A DNA stretch of 64,000 nt from Schizochytrium sp. TIO01 (lineage: Eukaryota > Protista > Bigyra: Labyrinthulomycetes). The stretch lies in contig SMSO01000014.1 in NCBI GenBank assembly GCA_004764695.1, positions 429,648 to 493,647 of the forward strand, read 5' to 3'. Shown here piece by piece: positions 40,975 to 52,197 of this stretch. Every line of letters starts with the position of its first letter. Positions within the stretch are counted from its first letter, which is position 1. The translations under genes were made by a program, and so were the position numbers. The notes under the pieces were generated by a model that was not told where the DNA came from, ran no database searches, and saw nothing but the letters and a program-made list of their open reading frames with translations.

Positions 40975-42183
40975 TTAAGCCTCGTTATCACCAGCACCTG
41001 ATGGCGGGGTAGCTACATCATTGTTGCCCTCGGTTTGGTCAGGTGCAGACAAGACCTTTTCGCCCTGTTCTTTCTTAATAGATACCTCTTCAGTTTGAAT
41101 AGGGGCAGCAGGAGGCTGTTGAGCTGCGTTATCACCTTGTTTGCGAAGTTCCACCTTTTCAGTATCATCTTTGTGAAACTTGTGAACTACGATCGCTCTC
41201 TCCGTTTCGTGCGGGCGGAATTCAAGACGAAAGCTGTCGATATCAACAACAAAGTTACTTCTAAATAAATGGGACTTGAGGTTTGATGCCGCAATTTCCT
41301 CGCCTTCATTTGCCCTTTTACCCTTCTTCTCACCGGCTTGGAAATTGCCACGGCCGTGAATCACACCTCTCGGGTCAAGAGCAATGATTTGCCGCAGGCA
41401 AACTAGCATTTTATCGAACTCATTCGGCTTAAACCACTCTGACTTTCCACTTTCGCAAACTTCTCGCAAACTTTCGAGCACCTCCGGGTCAAATGTGACA
41501 TCCACCAAGTCAAATTTCGGATTCACAACCCATGGCGGGCACGTACCCTCGCCCTCAACAGGTGTATCGACATGTGGCACATAAGGCTTGATATCTAGAA
41601 TCGGCGTGCCATCCACAAGATCGATGCCGCGCAAGTGGACAAGGCCACGTTTCTCATCTACAGAATGCAACTGTGCTAAAGAAAGTCCAATCGGGTTCGG
41701 ACGATGAGGTGTGCGAGTCGCAAAAAGTCCCACACGTAGTCCGCCTGCCTGTGGAGGTTTCACAAAAGAAGGGAACTGGTTGGGCTTCTTGGCCTGTTCC
41801 TCTACAGATTTAGCCGGATTTCCACGGTTCATTTTGTGCATATTTGTATTTTCGTGGAAGACAAAAACAATCCACACATGGCTAAACCCACGGAGTCCTG
41901 TGAGAGATTTTGGTGCCACAACTCGGTCGTCCATTTCTATAACACCACGGCTTTCGGTAGCCAACGACCCTTGCCTGGGAGTGCCAAACCGTGTCTTGAA
42001 CATGCTTCGCATATGGCCCACAGCTCTGAATCGACCAGTTCCATCGGTTTCCTGCAAGAAACGCTCGCGAAGAGCTCTTTCACTGCGGGTACGACCGGCA
42101 GTTTCTACTTCGAGCTTCACTCGAAGCTCTTCAACCTCACGGCGGAGCGCCAAGAGCTCTTCAGCGCGATCCGACTCCGTCAT
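40975..42183 (-). CDS. TRMO: tRNA (adenine(37)-N6)-methyltransferase TrmO/TsaA
   Basis: FGTPRQG, GFSHVWIVFVFH, GLFATRTPHRPNPIGLS, GIDLVDGTPILDIKPY, LDPR; first ATG at 42183. Confidence 0.93.
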   Translation of the reverse strand: MTESDRAEELLALRREVEELRVKLEVETAGRTRSERALRERFLQETDGTGRFRAVGHMRSMFKTRFGTPRQGSLATESRGVIEMDDRVVAPKSLTGLRGFSHVWIVFVFHENTNMHKMNRGNPAKSVEEQAKKPNQFPSFVKPPQAGGLRVGLFATRTPHRPNPIGLSLAQLHSVDEKRGLVHLRGIDLVDGTPILDIKPYVPHVDTPVEGEGTCPPWVVNPKFDLVDVTFDPEVLESLREVCESGKSEWFKPNEFDKMLVCLRQIIALDPRGVIHGRGNFQAGEKKGKRANEGEEIAASNLKSHLFRSNFVVDIDSFRLEFRPHETERAIVVHKFHKDDTEKVELRKQGDNAAQQPPAAPIQTEEVSIKKEQGEKVLSAPDQTEGNNDVATPPSGAGDNEA

Positions 42184-42633
42184 TGTATAGGCTAACAACG
42201 TACGAACAAACTTCGTAGCAGAGAGATTGGCTCTGCGATACCCCTTGTGCGGGAAAGGCCCTCAAACCGTATAGAACTGAGGAACTACTGGACAAATTTT
42301 GCTATCTCGTTTGCAGAGGAATCGAAAGGGATGTAAAATATGATAAAGACTGGTCATTGTGATTGGTTATTATAACTAAGTGGTCTTAGGTGTTTATACC
42401 ACTAGTTAGGCATTATGGTCTTTCAAGACCATCATGAACAAAATGGTAAAGGCCTTTTGCAAATCCAGAATAAACATAGTTTAAACCGCGATAGCTAGCT
42501 TTCAGACGAGAAGAAAACTTCAGCATTCACATATATAATCTGGGAGGACAATCAAATCAAACTCTAAAAAACCATTCATTGCAAATAAATTGAAAGTGAC
42601 GGATATTGATCATATTGGAAAAACACGCTCCAT

Positions 42634-42752
42634 TTTGTAAAGATATAAAGGTCTAAAAACAAAATCTACAAAGTTTACCCGTTTTGATAGCACTTTGTAA
42701 AGATATAAAGGTCTGAAAATAAAATCTACAAAGTTTACTGTGTTGATAGCAC
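42634..42752. repeat. Imperfect ~60-bp tandem duplication (2 copies)
   Basis: TTTGTAAAGATATAAAGGTCT...AAAATCTACAAAGTTTAC...TTGATAGCAC occurs at 42634 and 42694. Confidence 0.92.
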
Positions 42753-42763
42753 TATACATATTG

Positions 42764-45700
42764 CTAAGATGAGGCTCGATGGTATGCCTCAATAGGCAGT
42801 GCCTGGGCACGAATCAAGTCAGCATTTCGCATCAAAAACGGTACTAATTTTGCAAGAGGCTGTACCTGGCCGCCAAATGGGTCAGGGTAAACCGTGCATG
42901 CAGTCAGAGGACTCTGTTCGCTTCGACGACGTTGTGAAGCCACAGATGTATCAACCATGCACTGCGCCATATCATCCATATGGATCAACAAAGAGTGTAA
43001 GAGTCTACATAGCTCATCGTACACGCGTTGTGCGAGAGGAACACTAGCTTGTTTAGGGTCGCCAGGTGGGCGCACAAGACGCGAAACGCCTGAAAGTGAG
43101 AAACTTAAAGACTTTGACCGAAAATCTGGCGACATACGTCTGCGAGTAGCTGTCGATGCAGTTCTGGAGGTGGTTTCAAATCCATCTTCAGATGTTGTAA
43201 AGACGGACTCGTTACCATCACCAGCAACATCTAGTCGTTGACCTCCTGTGGAGCTTGCTATGAACGAAGCCGTGTCGGCTGACTGCCCTCCGTGGCTTTG
43301 CGAACTATCTTGCTGACCAGCTCGTTGGATTCCGGAAACTCCAGTAGAACCTAAGGAAGGCCCCAAAAACCTCGTAGGCCCAATAAACTCGCCCGTGCTT
43401 GCTAAATGTGGCATCGGCACGCAGCGAGAAAGCATCCGCATGTCACGATATGCAAGAGTATCTGCGAAAGCAATGCATTGGTCGCATGCTGACGCCATCG
43501 CCCAACCTACCGCAATCGTACTTTTTGCAACTGCATTAACTAACGTGGGGCTTACAGCAACCTGACCAGCAGCTGAGAAGAATAAATTCGTGCAACCTGT
43601 TGACTCATCTAAGATTCGATCAAGACCAGCTCCAGCATCAAATGCTGGGTGGGCTTGGGCCGCCCGACTTGTCAACTTTAACAGAGACAAGTGAGCATAG
43701 CGAAGTGCTTCGAGAAGTTCTTGCAATAGACTCGTAAATGGCACCATGGCTGTATGAATTGGGCGTGTAAGCTGACTAACTAACAACCGATCTCGCTTGA
43801 CGTCTTCGAGATTAACCTTGTTGAGCGAATCTAAGATTGAATTACTTAAATCATCCAGACTTCGAATAGTAGCCTTCCAATGGCTCACCAGCACAGCAGA
43901 GTCACGGCTCTCTAGCTCTAAAGAGTTCCACAGATGAGACCTTCTCTCTTTGAGCTGAATCCAGCGAGTTGCCCGAAGTAGCTCACGGTCACGGGTTACA
44001 GCAAACACAATAGCGTCTGCACGAAGCTCGTCGTCGGAAACCTGCCTACCTTCATGCACAGATTCTGTCAGAGTCTTTTGCCAAGCTTCCACCAGTAAAA
44101 TCTTCCAAAGGCATAGCTGCCTCACGAATTGCTAAGGCCAAAGCTACAATGGCAATTTGTACGGCACGATCACGTAGATGCATATCATCATCACTATCTA
44201 GTTCAGCAATTAGCACATCCCAAATTCTTATGGTGCACATTGCAGAAAAGGGTACTTGATCGACAAACAAAGAACGAAGCCATGTTCTCACAATCGGCCG
44301 ACTTGCTTCTAACAATGAGCTAGATAATGCAGGGCACATCTCCCTAACAATATCAAGAACAATTTGTGTGTCCACTTGAAGTGCCGCACTTCCAGAGATA
44401 CGAACAGGGCGGTCCATAGCCCGCTTTTGATCATCTCTCCCATGATCATTTGCGCCATCTGAATCGTCTGACTTATCAGCACTATTTTGTTTCTGCGCAT
44501 TATCTTGCTCAGGTAAAAAAATCCCCGCCTTCGACGAATTGTTCGTCAAAAATTGTGCCACAGAGGCCATTGAATCGGCTGCACTATGATATGCTCTAAA
44601 TGGACCTAGCAGAAGAACACGTAGCACCGTCAAAATTGTGTCATGGTTTTGTTGCGCTCCATATTGCATAGTGTCGATTAAAAAATCCGAAATTCGAACA
44701 AGCTCGACAGTAAGTGCGAGATTTGAAGACTCCGACGAAATAATTTCTAAAATATCACGAACTAGCTCAGAGTTTTCTAAAGATAAGTCTGAACCACAAA
44801 GCTTACGCAGAGCCAAGGATAACCAATCAGAAGTTTTGTAACAAGACATCAATGGTACAGCAAAACCTGGAGTTCTTGCACGTGGAAGTGCCTGACAGGC
44901 CCCCGGGTGTGTCTTGAGCCAACGCTGTGACGCACGTTGGCAGATCCCTTTCCAAATATTGGGGCGCAATTGTTTAGTGAGCCCAGCACGGGCTAGCTCC
45001 ACAAGTGATGGGCAAGGAAGGAGGTCTCTAGCAAGAACCATTCGCTCGAGACAAAGGCGCGACTCTTCAGCATGGCGCAAAGATATCATCTTGCGCGAGA
45101 ATTCTTCGAACTGTCCAGACACCGAGCGACGCTGTATGTTTGATACTCGTGCACTTCGCGATGTACTTTGAAGCAGTCGCAGCCATTCACGGTAGCGAGC
45201 ACCATGCGAAGCAGCACTTTCATTAGAGTCAAGGCGCTCGATAGCTAATAGATATCCCTTCTTCTCAGCAAGAGATGGGTGCATGATTCGAATCGCTAAG
45301 ATGTCATTGTAAGATCTGCTACTATCATGAGTTTTTGCAAGTGCTTCAAGCCAAGTACGCTCCTCGGGGCAGTTAACCGCGGGAGGCTCTTTTACTGGAA
45401 TGATAGAGCATCCGTTTTCGCCTAACCATAGCTCTCGCCGAAGGTTGTCAAGCGATGCATCTTTAAAAACCATCACACGCCCTGTCGAAAGAAGAAGCAC
45501 GTATCTGCGATTATAGTTAATTGTACCAGGCGACACAACCCATCCCGCTGCAATGACAGTTCCACGTGTCAGACATCGCTCGACACAGGTAAAAAACTTA
45601 TGAATATCTGCATTACAGTCGTCGCCTAGAGCAAGTCTCCATGACGGACGTCCTGGAGGGCCACAGAAGAAAAGCTTTACACTTCCTTGATGATAATAGG

Positions 45701-46433
45701 CATGGCGAGCAGAGCATAGACGCACATGATGATCAAGAACGGGGTCTGTGCGAAGTCTTCCAAAAACAAAAAAGCCTGCCACATCGTCCAAATTGAGAAA
45801 CCCACGTGGAGCTTCACCAACTTCCCTTGCCACCTCCCAATCTTTGGTGTCTTTATTTGTATCAGTTGTTTCTGCCCGCGACCTTACAAACTGACTACCA
45901 TTGAATTCTTCGTCTATGTAAGATCCATCATTACCATTGCTTGAAGTGCTATCATGCTCCATCATTCGGTGTTGTTGTCCTTCTCTGTTTTTGTTTTTGC
46001 TGTTGAGAAACGTATTTGATAATTCTGAATTCCGATCGCTATTTCCTTTCCCCAAATTGTTACTTCCGTCGTCGTTATTGGAACTCCCAGTGGTCCCCAA
46101 GTTGCCGCTTGAAGCCGCATTGCGATTCATAGATTTGGCGCTCGAAGAGTTTTCCGAAGTCGCTCTGGACCCAAGTTCTGTATCGTTGGATGTACGAAAT
46201 TGTGTTTGATTGCCGCTTGACTGGCGAGTTGCAGTTCCGCCCGAAGCAGCGTCAACAAAGCTGCTCACGACGGAAACTGCAGCAGCGGCTGCAGCAGCGG
46301 CAGCCATTGCAGCTTCTTCACCAGCGCCAGTCTCGAGGTACTCGAGTTTGTTGTCTCGCACACGGAAGCATCTCTTGCGCCATTTGCTTGACTCCTCGCT
46401 GGCTTTGAGCAACCAGCCCGTCCAAAAGATCAT
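42764..46433 (-). CDS. PH-domain protein with degenerate TBC/Rab-GAP-like region; one gene split by a +1 frameshift near 44052-44125
   Basis: N-terminal split PH (GWLLK..KWRKRCFRV), second PH (RRYVLL...EWLRLL), TBC-like GL...LRPNIW and WLRSLF...RIWDVL. The overlapping ORFs join as ...GGSLAKTLTESVHEG if one A of an A4 run is removed. Confidence 0.7.
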
Positions 46434-47258
46434 TGCCGCTGGCCAAACGAAGATTGAAGCCCGCGATCAAGCTTGATCTTGCTCGCAAAGGCGGCTGAGT
46501 TTGAGCTTTACTACGGTGGTATTTCCATTCACGATTTTTTTTTGACATAGAAATTTAATTAAAAAGTATCTTTTCCCATTTTATATGAAAGATCTATTTC
46601 GTGAAACAAATTAGGAAATTAATTATTACCTGCTAAATCTGCCATGGGCCTTATATCAGAACCATTGTTGATGAGATAACTGATGAATGTGAAAAAAGGA
46701 TGAATCTAGTCAGAAAGGTGAAAGCATGAGATCAATTTTGTGATGTTGAGAAAGGCATAGTAGGATAGGAAATCCAATGATTAGAACTGAAACTCACTCA
46801 AGAGCACAATGCATGCAAAGCATGAAGTAGTATTTGGAATGTGGAGAATTTTGTACACATTCAGATCTTGTCTTGTGGTATTTATTGTTCTTTACAGACT
46901 TCCTTGCTTGTACTTTACCTTGAGGGATTTCAAAACAGAGACTAGATCATCATGTACCACGGGGAGAGAATCAAGCACTTTTGAGTTAGTGCATTGGATT
47001 CAGACTATTGATTATAAAGACAATGAAGATTGTATTAGGTATTTAAACAAACAAAAAAAAAGAACCTGATTGAGAACTCTCGAAGGGTACAAAGGTTTTA
47101 CAAGGTGTTCCTCTCAAATGGAGTGAATATAGAGCTATTGAGAGAGTGTTCCAAAACACCAAAAATGTGGCGATTAAGTTTTCCTTTCCAAGGCAATGCA
47201 AATTGGAAAATGAAATCTGTAAGTTCATCTGTAAGGGGATAAGCATAAAGAAAACAAA

Positions 47259-50037
47259 TTACGCTTTGTTCTCCGGGCGATTCCACTGCACTTCCTGGGT
47301 CTCCATGTTTTCATAGTAGAGTTTGCCGGTTCGACGATCGCGATGTTCGATCCACTCCGAGTTGAACAAACGGGAACCCTTCGGCAGAGGGTAGCCTGCA
47401 CTATCTAACTGAGGACCGGGATCGCTCTTAACATCTTTAAGGAGCTGTGTGATTTCCCCAATCTTCTCAATTATTCTGCGATCTTGCTTATTTGAAGGAG
47501 CAGCACTTAGGTCTGGTGGTGGTGGCGGTGGCGGTTGTGTGAGTTCACCAATTACGCCAGAGGTCGTCTCTACGCTGCGTGTTGCAGTAGAAGCTCCTGC
47601 GCTTGTCTCAACAGCAGATGGGTCAAATTCACCGAGTGCTGCAGTAAAATGACCTCCACATGCCGCGACTGTGTAGCGGTAGCCATTAACACGTCTTGTG
47701 CTCATTGGCTTTCGTACAGAAATGAAATAGCCTGATGCAAGAGCACCACGCTCGTCATTACCCCACATCAATAATCGACCATCTTGACAAAGTCCAGCAG
47801 CATGCGTTGAGCTACAGGATACTTGGACTACATTCTCACCCTCAAGCGACTCGAGCAGTCGTGGGTCTACAATGTCTTCCTGCACACCATCAAATCCAAG
47901 AGGAGAGGCTGCTGTGCCCATTGTGTAGACAGACGTATCAATGCATTCTCCATCATCATACTTTGGAGCAGTCATTGAACTGAGAACCGTGTTCCGCCCA
48001 TGCATGTCTCCAACTACTATGATGGCCATATCGTTAGAAGCAGCGATATCAAGAATTGGGCGATCATGATCATCAAACTGATGCATACGAACAGGTACGA
48101 GAGATCCTGGCTCGGGGCCAATGCGGCCCCACATGAACATCTTCATCCCATTCTCTGTCACAGCAAGAGAGAACTTGTTGCCAGCGGCTACACGATCAAT
48201 CTTGTGCCCTTCCAAGCTATCTACAAGAGTTGGGACGTAGCGATTGTCCTGATCGCCTAGTCCAAGACGTCCATGGCGGCCTTTGCCCATCGTGTAAACA
48301 CTGTCACCTTGAGCAACAACGATAGTGTGGACAATACCACACGAAAGCGTCTTGACAGGCACACCATTTGCTGTACCAATATATTCCACTAAAGCAGGTT
48401 CCCGAGACTCTTTACGCGATAAACCAAGGCCCCAACTCTCCAGATGGGCCTTCACCCCACATGTAAAGATCTCCAGCGCTGCTCACAGCTCCAGCGTGCT
48501 CTTCGCCTATACTCACGCAAACAATGTTCACCTTGCGAAGAGCAGTCACCAGAAACGGGCGATTGCTGGAAGATTTGGTCTGAATTCCAAGCGGACCAGA
48601 GCCCCAAGTAAACAGCTGTCCATCTTTCTCAGAAATAGAAGCCACACAAGACTCACCGGCAACGAGAACCCTTGATTCAGTTTTCTTTTTCAAAGTTTGC
48701 ACATGATGGGGATTGGAAGTGAGAGTATCAACAAGGCCGGATCCAATACCTAATTGAAACAAAGAGTTGTCACCCCACGTATACACACGGCGCTCGTGAG
48801 AAAGGTTTGCAGATTTTTGACTTGTAGACCTCATACTCAAGCGCTGCCAGAGACCTCCCTGCACAGATGAATCAGATCTAGCGAGATTTGTTCCTGCACT
48901 AAACTTTTTACTCAAGTGCCCTCCTCGGAGCGAATTGATTGAAGCCGACATCGGCTTAGCATTGACGTCATCTTCCTCATCACTTGAAACAATAGTCATA
49001 TCCTCATCAACACCGAAGTAGTCTTCATCATCATCTTCCTCAAGGATGCCAATATCTTCATCATCCCCACCAACAACAGATCCGTTTGTCTTGAAGCCCA
49101 GTGGTGCTCCAAGCATATCCATTTGGCTCGCAGAAAGAGAGCGAAGTTCTTTAACAGAACTCTGAAATTTACGAGCGTCGTTCATGGTGAACCCAACTTG
49201 GCGAAAGAGTACCTTCATGTCATCCTCGCTCATGCGTTTAATCTTGTCGAAATCTTTAATGCCTGAATCGAGTACCACACCAGTCGCATACTTTTCAAGA
49301 GCGTGTTCGTGTAACCAAACACCGACCTTGACAGCGCCTTCATCCTGGAATATCCCTGCTTTACGAAGCGCTGTCACATGCAAAGACCACATCCACGCAG
49401 CGCGCTCAGTAGGTGTTGGTGCTGAGAGCTGCAATGTGTGACGATATGCTGCAGGTCCAGTCTCGACAATAAATGCGTTGTTCTTCCCCCAGCCCACTGT
49501 TGCGCTAGTATGGCGAATGACGGCATCCGCAGTAATCTCAAACATGCCTTTCGGCCGCTCTGTAGGGCTCGAAGGTTTGTTCTCGTAATACGCAAGCCGG
49601 CCATTGCGAAGTACGAAGAAACGATTTTTCCAATTGCGCTGACTAGACACAGCTCTTTTGGTGAGCCAACCACGTCTGCTTTCTGATTTGCGCTCCTTGC
49701 GAGCATATCTCGCTTCATCGATGGCCTTACGAAGAGACTTTTCCCAGTGTTTCTCGTTTTCTGCAGACTCTGCACGAAGAACCAGCACGTGGGGTCTCGC
49801 CACAAGCTCGAAAGTAAAGGATTTCGAGGATCTTGACGCCCTAACTACCGAGAAAGCAGACAACTCCACTACACCAAGAGGTCTTCTGGCAAGGCCATTT
49901 TCTATGGTCGGCTTGTCTTCGTAGTATGTTAAAAGTCCATCGCTGAGGACAAAGTACCTGCGCCTCCACGATTTGACGCGCTTCCCACAGAGCTTCTGCA
50001 GAAAGCCTTCCACGTTCGTCAGCATCATTGACGCCAT
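47259..50037 (-). CDS. PH-PH-SAM-RCC1 repeats-WW multidomain protein; split by a +1 frameshift at 48430-48433
   Basis: Two PH domains (GFLQK..WRRRYFVL; GWLTK..WKNRFFVL), SAM (VGVWLHEHALEKY...), RCC1 repeats (YTWGDNSLFQLG, GRHGRLGLGD), poly-Pro, WW (WIEHRDRRTGKLYYEN..TQEVQWNRP). Removing one G restores GELGLG. Confidence 0.85.
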
Positions 50038-52197
50038 TTTACGAACCCAGAGCAGATCAGATAGACTCTGCTCCAAACACCCCTGCCCAGTCGTGAGCAG
50101 GTACCCAAGAGCAATTGCTGCTTGCAATGGTCCACAAGCTTTGGCGTCTATGCATCAATTCTCTCCATTTTATTTTGAAGAAAACATATACATATATTTT
50201 TTCTTTTACAATAAGAAACAACTCCCTATATGGATAAATATACTTGCAATTATTTTATTTTTATTTTATTTTATTTTGAAATAAATACATACATATAACA
50301 TATCAAGGTTAACATTTTCATGTAATTTTTGTTTTCACTTTCTTTTTTCTTTTGAAAAAAAGTAGTCGTAGTTTTTTGTTGTTTTTTTCATTTTTACTCT
50401 CCATCCAAGTTCATTGAGATCCCCAAGCTCTGGCGCCAAGAAACCACGTGAACCCATCGCTGGCTGATCCAGCTGCTGGAAGCTGTTTGTAACATGAGCT
50501 TTCTGCCCAGTGAGACCAGCTAAGTGCAAGGAGCAGTAGAAAGAAGAAGTTGCAGATCATCACGATCGACACGTCGTGTACGTCGAGCATTTTTATTTTT
50601 ATTTCCTAATTTCTCCTTTAGCTGTGCAGTCATAACTTATATCCCTTTCATTTTCTTCGTTCTCAGGACGTAGGAAATACCATTACGTGGACTTACGAAC
50701 TTGACAAAAGTTGCTTTGTTTCGTAACAACATAAAAAGAGCTTGTTTGATTCAGTATTTGTTCGCTCATTTTATTGCTTTTGCCTCGGCTCGAAGCTCTG
50801 ACGACGGCTGGCATGGGTGAAGAAATACCAATCCGCCCAGGAGTTCTTGAATGGCTCAATTTGAAGCAAGAACCTCAAGGTCATTTTCAAAGCCATCCAT
50901 CCCTTCGCCAAAGTCGCAGAGATTCTTTCCTTTTGTTTTATTTTATTATATTCATTTACTTTACAATTTTTTTTAAAAGAACCTCATGGTAGTTGCCCAT
51001 AACGCGGCAGGTGTGTACTGTGCTCAGACGTGTATAAGGCCCCTTGGGATAATATGCATTGCGAGTTAGCGTGTATCAGGCGGGGGGTACTCAGCAAGTA
51101 CTGGGAAATGGACTCGTGCAAAGAAAGCCCAAAAGAGGAAGATAGATGGACGCACGTGCGAAGAAGAAGAATCAAAATGGAAAAGAAAAAGGGCGTGAAT
51201 CAAGACCACCATGAACGCTGCAGCAGCGGGGACTGCATTGCAACACGCAAGACACAAGTGGTTCAAGAGGACATCCCGCACGCACAGGAAGAAGCTGCTC
51301 GCATACTAAAGACCATCATCTGACGCTCTCGCACGTCTTACCACCAGTTCAAGGTGAAACTTTTGAAAGGAAATATCATTGCTCCTTCAATATTTACTAT
51401 TCTATCAGATACTAGTAGCTAATTACTATTATGAAAGCACACTGGAGATGGCGCGCGTGCAGCTCCCATACTGCCATGTGCGTCGTTGGCTTCAGGCATT
51501 TATCTTTTATAAGGACTGATGACAGGGAAAGGTCACTACGCGTAGCAGCTGACAATAATCCTGGCGGTGCCAACCTACCTATGTAGGTAGTAAGTAGGTA
51601 TCAAATGGTTCGTCAGTGCAGCCTGGGGTGCTTGAGCGAACAACGGAGCTCGAAGTTAACATAAATGTGACCTTTCAGAACTGTGTCCCGTGTGTCGAGT
51701 CCGTCTTCCCCCCGTTGGGGTTAGTAGTTGAATTGTGACTCTGGAATACCTTTGGGCGCCCTAAAACCGCGCAGATAGCAAACTTCATCATGGTGAAACA
51801 ATCTATTGGCTAAAGTTGTTTTAATATATAATTATGAATAAAAAGCACGGAGGTTTACTTTTCTGTGGCCCTCAGCCGTGCTTCTGCAATACTTAGTATT
51901 AAACCATTAAAAATCGAACCCAGGAATTTTGTTTAACTTGAGTGTCTTTGCCTTTAAAAAATGGCTAAAATCTTTTGGATGAATACTTATATTGCGCAGA
52001 AACAATCAACATCGAAAGCCACCACCGCCACCGCAGAGAGGGGTATCCCTATTCGTAGAGTTTAAGATCACGGGCATTCATCTTGTCAAGCCCGAATTAC
52101 ATAATATTGCATTACCACTGTAGAGCTTTAGACATAGATAAGGACACAACGAATTATTTGTTTATATTTTTCCGTATATCAGAATTTGAACAAGATC

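Noticed and set aside
50400-50470. GSRGFLAPE (minus strand) resembling kinase subdomain VIII
   Set aside because: No other kinase motifs nearby; too short to support a call.
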